From positions 528-64,527 of the forward strand of contig JAFGSN010000007.1 in assembly GCA_016934575.1 (NCBI GenBank): a DNA stretch of 64,000 nt, written 5' to 3'. Below the pieces are notes generated by a model, which worked only from the letters and a program-made list of their open reading frames with translations, did no database searches and was not told the origin of the DNA. Both the position numbers and the translations under genes were made by a program. Positions within the stretch are counted from its first letter, which is position 1, and every line of letters begins with the position of its first letter. Origin of the DNA: Vicinamibacteria bacterium (GTDB lineage Bacteria > Acidobacteriota > Vicinamibacteria > Fen-336). Shown in pieces: positions 1 through 9,730 of this stretch.

Positions 1-936
1 TCGGTCGCCAGACCCGACGTCGCTGCTTTCACCGCCCCCAATGTCCCCCTTGAACGGCTTCGTTGTCGTGTACCAGAACGGATCGAGCACGACGAAAAGC
101 GCATCGCCCCACTCCCACGCGTAGTAGTCCTCCTTGAGATGATCGCCCTCAATCGCTGTAGTGCTGACGTCCTCGTTTCCCGTATAGAAGCTGGCATCCG
201 GAACAGGATTCGGGAAGTACTTCTTTCTGGCGTTCGTGCCGAGAACCGGCTGGCTGGTCGAGATGTCGCCCGTGTCATCCAGGTGCCAGCCTTCTTCCTG
301 CTCGTGGTTGCCTATCGCCAGGAATATCGGCGTGGAGTGACCAATGAGGCCCAGATGGGGACGCTGAAAGACGTAGGCCTGCTCGGCCTGCGCCGCTGTC
401 GTCGCATGATCCATGGCGAAGGTGTCGCCAAGATCGAGATGAAAATCGGGCGTGACGGGATCGCGAGCAATATTAAGCAGCGTCTGCCGCCACACGGAAA
501 GATCGCCCAACAGGATCCCGACGTGCGAATCGGATGTCACGGTGAACGAGAAGCTGCTGCCTGAGGCTCTCTGGGTATGGAACGACCGCTCATCACGGGC
601 CACCCAATCGCCGCCTGGCGTCCGGCACTGCATCCGGTAGTAATAACGCGTGTTGGGTCGGAGGCGCTCGACGACGATCTCCACAGGCTGGCCGGCGGTC
701 GCGGAGCGGGTGGTCGTCTTCGCCGAATACAAACCAGGAGAGGTTCCGTACTGGTAGTAGAGGCTGATGTCCCCGTTCGGGACGACACTGACAGTGATCG
801 AGTTGCCGGTCGGTCGACAGAGAAGCTCCTCGCCGACGAAGGTGATCTCCCCGGCATTGACAGAAGGCGGCGCGATCACAGCCAACACGAGCCCCAACGG
901 GAGCAAGAGGCGCGGCGACAGATTCTGGCGATTCAT
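1..936 (-). CDS. secreted metallophosphoesterase (calcineurin-like); 3' end runs past the window edge
   Basis: Absent from the ORF track because it has no stop codon in the window. Hand translation of the minus strand from the ATG (complement of 934-936) gives the signal peptide MNRQNLSPRLLLPLGLVLAVIAPPSVNA. It then gives FTVTSDSH, LGDTFAMD and IGNHEQE, matching the DxH / GDxxD / GNHE metallophosphatase motifs. The frame stays open to position 1. Confidence 0.7.
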   Translation of the reverse strand, partial: MNRQNLSPRLLLPLGLVLAVIAPPSVNAGEITFVGEELLCRPTGNSITVSVVPNGDISLYYQYGTSPGLYSAKTTTRSATAGQPVEIVVERLRPNTRYYYRMQCRTPGGDWVARDERSFHTQRASGSSFSFTVTSDSHVGILLGDLSVWRQTLLNIARDPVTPDFHLDLGDTFAMDHATTAAQAEQAYVFQRPHLGLIGHSTPIFLAIGNHEQEEGWHLDDTGDISTSQPVLGTNARKKYFPNPVPDASFYTGNEDVSTTAIEGDHLKEDYYAWEWGDALFVVLDPFWYTTTKPFKGDIGGGESSDVGSGDR

Positions 937-1080
937 CGTTCCCTTCATCAACTCCGCGTAGGGTACCCTGCTCCGGCAGGCTGGATCAAGGTTCAAGCCG
1001 GCTTCGACCCCGGGGGGGCACGTCTTCGGACCCGGCGAGTCGAGCGATGGGATGATCACCATGGCGACGCGTCGAGAGTC

Positions 1081-1275
1081 AGGGATAAGCTTATCGGCGT
1101 GAGTTGCGTGGGCAAGACAACGATCGGGGACATCCTCGCTCGTTGGCTCAGGCGCCCCTTCTTCGATCTCGACGCGAATCGAGAAACACCCCACGAAAGC
1201 GATCGAGGCGCACAAGCGCCGGGCGAGCGTCTCGTGATCCGATTCGAGCGAGAATCGCATCGCATGCCGTGGTGA
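1081..1275 (+). pseudogene. shikimate-kinase-like (AroK) N-terminal remnant
   Basis: The tail of track ORF 577..1275 reads KLIGVSCVGKTTIGDILARWLRRPFFDLD. This is a Walker A GxxxxGKT plus the LA..L...F.D.D pattern of shikimate kinases. The next expected block (RIEKHPTKAIEA) is readable only in the +1 frame. There is no in-frame ATG/GTG/TTG just upstream. It stops after about 65 codons, whereas AroK is about 170 aa. Confidence 0.3.
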
Positions 1276-1441
1276 CTTCGCAACGAACCCGCTATCATCA
1301 AGTGTTCTGCGAGGGCAACGGCTGAATCGCGGCAGGTTCTTGTCCCCGCGGAAGCCGGCTCGCCTCGAAGGAACCGGCTTCGCCGATGTTCTGAAAATCA
1401 GGGCCGAGACCTCGTCGAGCCGGCGGACAGGAGAGACCGAC

Positions 1442-2212
1442 TTGGATAATAACGCCATCGTCGTGAATGGATTGACAAAGACGTTCGGAGCGAAGACCGC
1501 CGTGGACGAGATTAGCTTTAAGGTGGCGCGCGGCCGTTTCTTCGGCTTCCTCGGGCCGAACGGCGCCGGCAAGAGCACGACGATCAGGATGCTGTCCGGG
1601 CTCTTGCGGCCCACGCGCGGCGAGGCCTGGATCGAGGGCAGACCGCTGCGGGGCGATCTCCTGAAGATCAAGGAAATCATCGGCATTCTACCCGAAGAGT
1701 TGCCGCTCTATGAACGGCTGACGGGCGCGGAGTATCTGGTCTTCGCCGGGCGCATGTACGGCCTGCCGCGTGTCGAGACACGGCGCCGCGCCGAGGAGTT
1801 GCTGGAGTTCCTCTCGCTGGCCGAGGATCGCGACAAGCTCATCGCCGACTATTCGATGGGCATGAAGAAGAAACTGGCCCTGGCCGCGGTCCTGATCCAC
1901 AATCCGCGCGTGCTCTTTCTGGACGAGCCGTTGAACGGCATCGATCCGATCTCCGGACGCGTCGTGACGGACCTGCTCCGCCGCATCACGAGCAAGGGCG
2001 TCACGCTGTTCTTCACTTCGCACGTGCTCGACGTGGTTGAGCGTTTGTGCGACGAAGTGGCGGTCATTGATCGCGGGCGTATCGTGGCCCAGGGGTCGCT
2101 CGATTCAATCCGCTCGCAGCGCGCCCTGGGACGGGACGCCAGCCTGGAGGACGTCTTCCTAAAGCTCGTGTCGGCCGACGTGACGCGGGAGGATCTCTCT
2201 TGGATCGGTTGA
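1442..2212 (+). CDS. ABC transporter ATP-binding protein
   Basis: Walker A GPNGAGKST, signature-like YSMGMKKKL, Walker B VLFLDEP and H-loop TSHV are present. The ORF opens at 1340. I placed the start at TTG 1442, which has AGGAGA about 7 nt upstream. Confidence 0.85.
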   Translation: MDNNAIVVNGLTKTFGAKTAVDEISFKVARGRFFGFLGPNGAGKSTTIRMLSGLLRPTRGEAWIEGRPLRGDLLKIKEIIGILPEELPLYERLTGAEYLVFAGRMYGLPRVETRRRAEELLEFLSLAEDRDKLIADYSMGMKKKLALAAVLIHNPRVLFLDEPLNGIDPISGRVVTDLLRRITSKGVTLFFTSHVLDVVERLCDEVAVIDRGRIVAQGSLDSIRSQRALGRDASLEDVFLKLVSADVTREDLSWIG

Positions 2213-3798
2213 TCACGCTGATCGCGCTGCGCTTCAAGTTGACTCTTCGGGCCTACCTGCGGTCGCGTGAAAGCCTCTTCGGTCTATTGCTCGTATTGCC
2301 GATCATGGCGCTCTTTTCCCTGGCGCTCGCGATCGGAGTCTTCGTCGTCGCGCGCGGGCTGGCGCGCCATGATCCGCGGATGCTGTTGTCGGCTCTCTCG
2401 GCCTTCGGAACGGTCTTCGGCATGGGCTGGGCGTTCTCGCCCCTGCTCACCGGAGCGGCCATCAGCGAAGGCCATGATCTGACCCGTCTCGCGCGCTTTC
2501 CCGTCTCATCGCTCTGGCTGGCCGGATCGGCGCTCTTCGCTTACTCTTTCGAGCCCGCTGTCTGGAGCCCGATGCTCTTGACGCTGGCGCTCGCCGCCGC
2601 CTTGAGTCACGGCATCGAGGGATTTCTGCCGAGCCTGATCGGCGCGGCGTTGACGTTGGTTTTCATCGTGATCATGGCGCAGTGCGCGGCGCTTGGCTAC
2701 GAGTGGGTCGCGCGGCGCCGCAAGTGGCACGATCGGCTCCTGCTCGTGGGCTTTGGGCTCGGCGTCGCGCTGAGTCTCGCGCCGCTTGCGCTGTTCTTCG
2801 GCGGAGCGCGCCTTGCTGCGGGATTGTACCGTTTCGTCGTCGACTCCGATCCTTTCGTGATCTCGCCGTTTTCCTGGGGATTGCGGGCCGCCGTGCACGG
2901 CGGAAGAGGAGAGATCTTGCCTTTTCTCCTGTTCGGCTTTCTCGCGATGCTCGCATGCGTTCTTGGTTTTTGCGCCTCGACGGCGCTTGTCAGGCGCATG
3001 ATCTCTTCAACAGGCTGGTCGGGCGCCGAAGCTCGCGGTCGCGGAGCGGAACGACCGCCGCGTTTTCTCCCGGGAGAGGCGGGCGCCGTCGTCTCTAAGG
3101 ATCTCCGCCAGATCTGGCGCGACCCCGGTCTCAAGGCCGCCATGTTCATGAGTCTTCTCGCGCCGCTCATCCTGCTCTTCTGGCTGGGCAGATCCTCGAC
3201 GATGTCGGCGGGATCAATGCTGTTGCTGTCGTTTTTCGTGGGGATCGCGCCTCTCGGCATGAACGCCTTCGGCCTCGAGCGGCGGGGCATCCAGTTGCTT
3301 ATGACGTTCCCGGCGCCGCGCTGGAAGATCCTCGTCGGCAAGAACGCTGCGGCGCTCGTGATGCGCGCGCCGGGCCTGGTTCTGCTGCTGATCGCGTCCT
3401 TTCTCATGGCGCCGGCTTCCATGGCGGCCTCGGCTCTGGCGACCGCGGCGGTGCTTCTGTTGCTCTCCCTGGCGGCGGACGGCTATCTGTCGATCCTTTT
3501 TCCCGTGACGCTGCCGTCGCCCGGACGAAGCCCGCACGCGAGGCCGGCGGGAGGACGCGGGCTCGGGCTCTTCGTCGTGACGTCGCTGACGGTCGGGCTG
3601 GTGCTCGTCACGGCGGCGCCGTTCGTGCTTCTTGCGTGGCTGCATCTTTTGCTCGAGACGCCATGGATCATCGTTGTCACCCTTCCGCTGGCGCTTATTG
3701 GCGCGGTCGCGGCGTACGCGATGCTCGTGGGAGGCGCGGCGCATCTCCTATCCCGGCGGGAAGACATGTTGCTTGAGCGGATTCTGGGAGAAGTTTGA
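2200..3798 (+). CDS. polytopic membrane protein, putative ABC exporter permease partner
   Basis: 532-aa ORF with many hydrophobic helices. Its start overlaps the stop of the ABC ATPase gene (alternative TTG at 2209 forms a TTGA overlap). There is no enzymatic motif. The call rests on context. Confidence 0.55.
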   Translation: MDRLITLIALRFKLTLRAYLRSRESLFGLLLVLPIMALFSLALAIGVFVVARGLARHDPRMLLSALSAFGTVFGMGWAFSPLLTGAAISEGHDLTRLARFPVSSLWLAGSALFAYSFEPAVWSPMLLTLALAAALSHGIEGFLPSLIGAALTLVFIVIMAQCAALGYEWVARRRKWHDRLLLVGFGLGVALSLAPLALFFGGARLAAGLYRFVVDSDPFVISPFSWGLRAAVHGGRGEILPFLLFGFLAMLACVLGFCASTALVRRMISSTGWSGAEARGRGAERPPRFLPGEAGAVVSKDLRQIWRDPGLKAAMFMSLLAPLILLFWLGRSSTMSAGSMLLLSFFVGIAPLGMNAFGLERRGIQLLMTFPAPRWKILVGKNAAALVMRAPGLVLLLIASFLMAPASMAASALATAAVLLLLSLAADGYLSILFPVTLPSPGRSPHARPAGGRGLGLFVVTSLTVGLVLVTAAPFVLLAWLHLLLETPWIIVVTLPLALIGAVAAYAMLVGGAAHLLSRREDMLLERILGEV

Positions 3799-3862
3799 AG
3801 CGCCGGAACAACCTTGTTTCGACGCGTCCTTTGCGACGGCACGTCTTGAGCATCGATAAAAC

Positions 3863-3890
3863 TTGACAACCCCAAGGCGTCCGCTATACT
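3863..3890 (+). promoter_or_regulatory. sigma70-type promoter upstream of rho
   Basis: TTGACA (3863-3868), a 16-nt spacer, then TATACT (3885-3890). It lies about 80 nt upstream of the rho ATG in an intergenic region. Confidence 0.5.
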
Positions 3891-3970
3891 TTTTATCTCG
3901 AAATCTGCCGAAGTAGTGCTGCGGGGATTTTCGCTCTTCCCATCAAGCCTTCATTCCACGAGAAAACGCC

Positions 3971-5383
3971 ATGACCCAAGAAGAACCGTCTCAACCCAAT
4001 TCTAAAAACGATGTCCCGCGACGTAATCGCTCGCGCGGCAACAACAAAACGCGCGATGACGTCGCGGAGATTGACGCCAAAGACGCCGGCGAGAGCGAGA
4101 CTCCCGCGTCTTCGCCGTCCGCTGCGCGCCTCGACCTGGCCGAGCTGAAGGAGATGAACGCCGCCAAGCTCGCCGCGGTGGCCAAATCACTCGCGATCCC
4201 CGGCGCCGCGACGATGAAGAAGCAGGAGTTGGTGTTCCAGATCCTGCGCGCGCAGGCAGAGAAGGAGGGGCTCATCTTCTCGGAGGGAGTTCTCGAGGTG
4301 CTGCCGGACGGCTTTGGCTTCTTGCGCGCGCCCGAGTACTGCTATCTGCCCGGCCCGGACGACATTTACGTCTCTCCGTCCCAGATCCGCAAGTTCGATT
4401 TGCGCACCGGCGACACGATCAGCGGCCAGATCCGGCCGCCCAAGGAAGACGAGCGTTACTTCGCCCTCATCAAGGTGGACGCCGTCAACTTCGAGCCCCC
4501 CGACCGATCGAAGGACAAGATCTTTTTCGACAACCTGACACCGTTGTACCCGGAAAGCCGTCTGAAGCTCGAGACGACGCCCGAGAACCTGTCGATGCGC
4601 GTGCTCGATCTCATGACGCCGATCGGCAAGGGGCAACGCGCGCTGATCGTGGCCGCTCCGCGCACCGGCAAGACCATGCTGCTGCAGGCGATCGCCAACT
4701 CGATCACGACCAACCACCCCGAAGTGATCCTGATCGTGCTGCTCATCGACGAGCGTCCGGAAGAGGTGACCGACATGCAGCGCTCGGTGCACGGCGAGGT
4801 CATCTCCTCCACGTTCGACGAGCCGGCCGACCGTCACGTCCATGTGGCCGAGATGGTTCTCGAGAAGGCCAAGCGCCTGATCGAGCATAAGAAGGACGTC
4901 GTGATCCTTCTAGACTCGATCACCCGCCTGGCGCGGGCTTACAACACCATCGTGCCGCCTTCGGGCAAGGTGCTCTCGGGCGGCGTCGACTCGAACGCGC
5001 TTCAGAGACCGAAGCGCTTCTTCGGCGCGGCTCGCAACATCGAGGAGGGCGGCAGCCTTACCATCGTCTCCACCGCCCTGATCGAGACCGGATCGCGCAT
5101 GGACGACGTCATCTTCGAGGAGTTCAAGGGCACGGGCAACTCCGAGATCGTTCTCGACCGCAAGCTCACCGACAAGCGAATCTTTCCTTCGATCGACATC
5201 AACCGCAGCGGCACCCGCAAAGAAGAGCTTCTGGTTCCCAAGGAGGAGCTGAATCGAGCATGGATCCTCCGCAAGGTGCTCTCGGCGCTCTCGCCGGTCG
5301 AGGCCATGGAGTTGCTGATCGAGCGGTTGGCCAAGACCAAAGCCAACAAAGAGTTCCTTGAAAGCATGTCGAGCGGCGTGTAA
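3971..5383 (+). CDS. rho: transcription termination factor Rho
   Basis: 470 aa. Contains the Rho RNA-binding region [30 protein letters not shown], Walker A AAPRTGKT and [15 protein letters not shown] charged N-terminal extension of about 55 aa precedes the conserved LAELKEM helix. Confidence 0.95.
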   Translation: MTQEEPSQPNSKNDVPRRNRSRGNNKTRDDVAEIDAKDAGESETPASSPSAARLDLAELKEMNAAKLAAVAKSLAIPGAATMKKQELVFQILRAQAEKEGLIFSEGVLEVLPDGFGFLRAPEYCYLPGPDDIYVSPSQIRKFDLRTGDTISGQIRPPKEDERYFALIKVDAVNFEPPDRSKDKIFFDNLTPLYPESRLKLETTPENLSMRVLDLMTPIGKGQRALIVAAPRTGKTMLLQAIANSITTNHPEVILIVLLIDERPEEVTDMQRSVHGEVISSTFDEPADRHVHVAEMVLEKAKRLIEHKKDVVILLDSITRLARAYNTIVPPSGKVLSGGVDSNALQRPKRFFGAARNIEEGGSLTIVSTALIETGSRMDDVIFEEFKGTGNSEIVLDRKLTDKRIFPSIDINRSGTRKEELLVPKEELNRAWILRKVLSALSPVEAMELLIERLAKTKANKEFLESMSSGV

Positions 5384-5639
5384 TCCCCGCTCTGAATCGG
5401 CGTCATTTTAGGCCAACGTTCAGCGTTCAAGGCGTCTCCATGCGCGTCGGCCGTCCCGCGTGAAAAACGATCGGCATTGCAGGAGAATACCCGGCACGGC
5501 GGCCCGAAGGTCGCGCCGGTCGTGCGCTCAAGCCGATTCGTTTTAGAGGGGCGTACGTGTTCCGATCGGGACATCTGCGCGGATAACGCGGATGTCGAGA
5601 AAAGCGACGTTGTCTTTCATCCGCTCAGGAGGGATGAGC

Positions 5640-6800
5640 ATGGCGCAACCGCGGTTGTACATCGTTCATGGAATCGGCAACGACGCGGTGGGGCTTGTCG
5701 GCCGCATCACGGCGCCCATCGGGCAGGCCGGCGGCAACGTCGTCGATCTGCGACAAGACGTGCTGCACGGCCTTTTCACCATCCATATGATCGTGGATCT
5801 GTCCGCGACGCGCCTCCGACTCGACGACCTCATGGCGATGGCGAAGGATGTTGGCGAAGACACGGGACTCACGCTCTTCGCCGAGAAATTCTTGCCGGCG
5901 TCCCCGCCTCCGGATAAAAAGCACCTGCTTCTGATTCTGCTGGGGAGCGATCGGCCCGGCGTCATCGCTTCCATCGCGGAGACGCTGGGCAATTACTGCG
6001 CCAACATCGAGCTGGCCCAGGCCATCGCCCGCGAGGATCTCTTTCTCCTGGAGCTGGTCACCGACGTCAGCCACTGCCGCATTCCCTTGCCGAATCTCAT
6101 GTCGTCGATCGAGCGGAGCATGAGTGAGCTGAAGATGAAGACGATCTTCCAGACCGAGGATGTCTTCAACAAAAAGAAGCGAGTGATCCTCTTCGACGTG
6201 GGATCGAGTTTCATCGATCCCGCGCTCAGCGCCGAGATTCTCCGTCAGACCGGTCTCGACGCCGCGGCGCTCGAAAAAGCATACGGCCACGCGTCGCCCC
6301 TGGAGCGTTTGCGTCACGCGTTGGCGCGGCTGGACGGATTTCCAGCGGACGTGATGGCGACCTTGATGGAAGGAGTGAACCCGAGCAGCGGAACCATGGA
6401 GCTGATTCGGACGCTCAAGACCATGGGCTATCGCGTGGCATTGGTTTCTCGCGCGCTGACCCTCCTGACGGATCATCTGCAAAGCAGGCTGGGGCTTGAC
6501 CACTCCTTCGGAGTGACGGCTCGTATTGACGGGGACTCGCGTTGCCTGACGGGAGAGCTTTGCGAAGAGGACTTTGCCGCGGCGCTGGCCGAAAGCGTGA
6601 TTCCGCGGATGGCGGCGGCCGAGCATGTCGATCCGAGCGACATCACGATCGTCTCGGACGCCGAGAGCGCGAGCCCGCCCGGAATCCGCCTCGAATTCCA
6701 TCTCGGGCAGTTGTTGCACCTCTATAACCAGCGCGTGATCAACTCGGACCGCCTGATCGGAATCCTGGGAGGGTTCGGCGTGCCGCGCGGCGTGAGCTGA
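5640..6800 (+). CDS. tandem ACT-domain protein with a degenerate SerB/HAD-like C-terminal domain
   Basis: Two ACT-like units (LYIVHGIGNDAVGLVGRITAPI.. and LLLILLGSDRPGVIASIAETL..) are followed by a HAD-like fold. In that fold, motif I reads ILFDVGSSF instead of DxDxT, and motif IV reads VSDAESAS instead of GDGxND. The start is set at the ATG 7 nt after AGGAGG (5627-5632). The ORF opens at 5592. Confidence 0.6.
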   Translation: MAQPRLYIVHGIGNDAVGLVGRITAPIGQAGGNVVDLRQDVLHGLFTIHMIVDLSATRLRLDDLMAMAKDVGEDTGLTLFAEKFLPASPPPDKKHLLLILLGSDRPGVIASIAETLGNYCANIELAQAIAREDLFLLELVTDVSHCRIPLPNLMSSIERSMSELKMKTIFQTEDVFNKKKRVILFDVGSSFIDPALSAEILRQTGLDAAALEKAYGHASPLERLRHALARLDGFPADVMATLMEGVNPSSGTMELIRTLKTMGYRVALVSRALTLLTDHLQSRLGLDHSFGVTARIDGDSRCLTGELCEEDFAAALAESVIPRMAAAEHVDPSDITIVSDAESASPPGIRLEFHLGQLLHLYNQRVINSDRLIGILGGFGVPRGVS

Positions 6801-6807
6801 GGCTATC

Positions 6808-8424
6808 GTGAAATCGGACATCGAGATCGCGCGCGAGGCGGAGAAGCGACCCATTGCGGAGATTGCATCCGCTCTCGGGCTCGCAAGGGACGACATCGTT
6901 CCTTACGGCCACGACACGGCCAAGGTGCCGATTGCCGCAGTTGAGCGTCTGTCGGACCGCCCGGATGGAAATCTCATCCTCGTGACGGCGATGACTCCCA
7001 CCGCCCTGGGCGAGGGCAAGACGACGACGACGATCGGGCTCGGTCAGGCGCTCCGGCGGATCGGGAAGCGGGCGTGCGTCGCGATCCGTGAGCCTTCGTT
7101 GGGGCCATGCATGGGCTTGAAGGGCGGTGCGGCCGGAGGAGGTTATTCGCAAGTTCTGCCCATGGAGGACATCAACCTGCACTTCACCGGAGATCTGCAT
7201 GCCGTTTCCATCGCGCACAATCTGCTCTCGGCGATGGTCGACAATCATCTCCACCAGCGCGCCGTGCCAGAGATCAACCCCCGGCGCGTGGCATGGAAGC
7301 GCGCGATCGACATGAACGACCGCTCGTTGCGCCACATCGTCGTGGGGCTTCAAGGAGAGGGAATTCACGGCGTGATGCGCGAGGACGGATTCGAAATCAC
7401 GGCGGCCTCGGAAGTCATGGCGATTCTCTGTCTGGCGCGGAGTCTGGCGGACTTGAAGCGGCGGCTTGGCGACGTCATCGTGGGCTACGATTACCTGCGC
7501 AAACCGATCCTGTGCCGCGACGTGGGGGCGGCCGGCGCCATGACGGCGCTGCTCAAGAACGCCTTGAATCCGAACCTGGTGCAGACCGTCGAGGGCGCGC
7601 CCGCGTTCGTGCACGGCGGCCCGTTCGCCAACATCGCGCATGGATGCAACACCGTCCTGGCGACCCGACTCGCGCTCAAAACGTCCGATTTCGTCGTCAC
7701 CGAGGCGGGCTTCGGCGCCGACCTCGGCGCGGAGAAGTTCTTTCATATCAAATGCCGCATGGCCGAGCTGGCGCCGAAGGCGGCGGTGCTGGTCGTGACC
7801 CGGCGCGCGTACGTCATGCACGGCGTCGAAAACGTCCTCCAACACGTCGACGCCGTGCGTTCTTTCGGCATCCCGGCGATCGTTTCTCTCAATCGTTTCG
7901 CCGGGGACCGCGACGACGAGCTGCGCGAGATCGGAAAGCGCTGTGAAGACGGCGGCGTCGAGGCCGTGATCACCAATTTTCGAGAAGCCGGTGGAGACGG
8001 AGGGACAGCGCTGGCGGAGAAAATCTGCTCGCTCTGCGAACGTTCCTCGCGGCTTGCCTTCCTGTATCCGCTCGATGCCGGCATGATCGACAAAGTGGAA
8101 ACCGTCGCCCGCAGGGTCTACGGCGCGGACGGCGTCGAGGTCGCCTCGTCGGCGCGCGCCGACATCAAGCGCATCGAGGATCTCGGTTATGGCGGCTTGC
8201 CCGTCTGTATCGCCAAGACGCCCGCTTCCCTGACCGATGACCCGAGAATCGCCGGACGACCGCGAGGCTTCAAGATCCGCGTCACGGGCGCCAAGGTCTC
8301 GGCCGGCGCCGGGTTCGTGGTGGTCTACACCGGCGACGTCATGACGATGCCCGGCCTGCCGAAGCAGCCCGCGGCGCTCAAGATCGACGTGGACGAGGCG
8401 GGCAACATCTCGGGATTGTTTTAG
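6808..8424 (+). CDS. fhs: formate--tetrahydrofolate ligase
   Basis: 538 aa. Begins MKSDIEIAREAEKRPI and carries the P-loop PTALGEGKTTTTIGL. It is full-length FTHFS-like through ..IDVDEAGNISGLF. Only 7 nt separate it from the upstream ACT gene. Confidence 0.95.
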   Translation: MKSDIEIAREAEKRPIAEIASALGLARDDIVPYGHDTAKVPIAAVERLSDRPDGNLILVTAMTPTALGEGKTTTTIGLGQALRRIGKRACVAIREPSLGPCMGLKGGAAGGGYSQVLPMEDINLHFTGDLHAVSIAHNLLSAMVDNHLHQRAVPEINPRRVAWKRAIDMNDRSLRHIVVGLQGEGIHGVMREDGFEITAASEVMAILCLARSLADLKRRLGDVIVGYDYLRKPILCRDVGAAGAMTALLKNALNPNLVQTVEGAPAFVHGGPFANIAHGCNTVLATRLALKTSDFVVTEAGFGADLGAEKFFHIKCRMAELAPKAAVLVVTRRAYVMHGVENVLQHVDAVRSFGIPAIVSLNRFAGDRDDELREIGKRCEDGGVEAVITNFREAGGDGGTALAEKICSLCERSSRLAFLYPLDAGMIDKVETVARRVYGADGVEVASSARADIKRIEDLGYGGLPVCIAKTPASLTDDPRIAGRPRGFKIRVTGAKVSAGAGFVVVYTGDVMTMPGLPKQPAALKIDVDEAGNISGLF

Positions 8425-8495
8425 CCCGCCCGCCGTCGGATCATCGAAGGAGGAAATGCGGCCATCGAGGCCCGCGCCCGTGAAAAAGGGAAGAC

Positions 8496-9566
8496 ATGAT
8501 CACCGCCGTCATGCGTCTTTTCTTCAATGAAACGTCCTTGTGCGGCGCCCTGGCCGGACGCCCGCTCTGGCTGCTGCTGACCGTCGTCATCGTATGCATC
8601 GCCGTGCTCTCCCGGGGCGCCGACTGGATGATCGACGGAGTCGTGCGCCTGGCCATGCGCACGGGTCTGCCCAAAATCATCATCGGCGCCACGATCGTAT
8701 CCCTGGGCACCACCACGCCGGAGGCCGTCGTTTCGGTCATGGCGGCCGTCATGGGCAATGCCGGCCTGGCCCTGGGAAATGCCGTCGGTTCGATCATTGC
8801 CGACACCGGCCTGATTTTCGGATTCACCTGCATCTTCGCGACCGTGCCCATTAATCGTTTCATTCTCAGCCGAATGGGTTGGGTTCAGGTGGGCTCGGCC
8901 ACCCTGCTGGTGATCATCTCCGTCGCCATGCTGGCCTTCACAAACGCCACGCCCATGCTGCCCCGCTGGGTCGGGGCGTTCTTCCTCGTCTTGCTGGTGA
9001 TTTACTTGCACGTATCTTACCTGTGGGCCAAACAGGGCGCCGTCACATTGCCGCCGGAAAAGAAGAATACTGATGATCAACCCCTGCCGGCCACAACCCT
9101 TTGCTGGCTGACGATCATCGGCGGCCTGTTATTGGTGCTGGCGGCGTCCAGGATTTTGGTGCCGGCCGCCTCTGAAATCGCCGTTCGCATGGGAGTTCCC
9201 GACGATGTGATCGCGGCCACCATGGTGGCTCTGGGCACTTCCCTGCCGGAATTGACCACCGCCATTTCCGCCATTCGCAAAGGTCATCCGGAGATCACCC
9301 TGGGCAATGTGGTGGGCGCCGACGTGCTCAACTGTCTTTTTGTCATTGGCGCGGCCGCCGCCGCCAGACCGTTGGCCATCCCGGTCAATTTCTACTATTT
9401 TCACTTTCCGGCCATGCTGCTGATCCTCTACTCCTTGCGCTTCTTTGTTGCTTTCAATCGCGGCGGCCACTTCCATCGATGGCAGGGCGCATGGATGCTC
9501 GCCATTTATGTAATTTATGTGGCGATGCAATTCACCTTGGGCGCCGGCGCGGCTCAAACCGGGTGA
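8496..9566 (+). CDS. Ca2+/Na+ antiporter family (CaCA, YrbG-like) membrane protein
   Basis: 356 aa with about 10 TM segments. The two alpha-repeat signatures GNAVGSIIADTGLIFG and GNVVGADVLNCLFVIG are typical of Na/Ca exchanger family proteins. Confidence 0.85.
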   Translation: MITAVMRLFFNETSLCGALAGRPLWLLLTVVIVCIAVLSRGADWMIDGVVRLAMRTGLPKIIIGATIVSLGTTTPEAVVSVMAAVMGNAGLALGNAVGSIIADTGLIFGFTCIFATVPINRFILSRMGWVQVGSATLLVIISVAMLAFTNATPMLPRWVGAFFLVLLVIYLHVSYLWAKQGAVTLPPEKKNTDDQPLPATTLCWLTIIGGLLLVLAASRILVPAASEIAVRMGVPDDVIAATMVALGTSLPELTTAISAIRKGHPEITLGNVVGADVLNCLFVIGAAAAARPLAIPVNFYYFHFPAMLLILYSLRFFVAFNRGGHFHRWQGAWMLAIYVIYVAMQFTLGAGAAQTG

Positions 9567-9571
9567 AGACG

Positions 9572-9627
9572 GCCCGCGGCGCTCGAGATCGACGTGGACG
9601 ACGCTGGCGACATCATGGGATTATTTT
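9572..9627 (+). repeat. diverged copy of the last ~56 nt of fhs (3'-end relic)
   Basis: Hand alignment of 9572-9627 to 8367-8422 gives about 49 of 56 identical positions. In the equivalent frame it reads PAALEIDVDDAGDIMGLFW, against fhs PAALKIDVDEAGNISGLF-stop. Confidence 0.6.
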
Positions 9628-9730
9628 GGCGGACTATTTTTAGAAGAAGAAGCGCGGCACTCCATGTTTCGATTGATCTGCCGAAGGGGGCCGGTCCGCC
9701 GCGTACAATCACGCCCGGAAATATGCGGTG

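Noticed and set aside
577-1080. 5' two-thirds of the 232-aa ORF 577..1275
   Set aside because: This part is antisense to the metallophosphoesterase gene. Only the 3' tail (1081-1275) resembles a real protein (AroK).
5384-5639. Possible ZTP (pfl-motif) or other riboswitch upstream of the ACT-fhs operon
   Set aside because: ZTP riboswitches often precede fhs and folD. I could not find the conserved GGGUCGUGACUGGCG core or the CCGCCUGGGC pseudoknot partner in this region.
5625-6896. 423-aa ORF on the minus strand, longer than the sense ORF it overlaps
   Set aside because: It lies antisense to the ACT/HAD-like gene and the fhs start, both of which have recognisable domain motifs. Its translation is an Arg/Gly/Asp-rich low-complexity sequence typical of antisense frames in GC-rich DNA.
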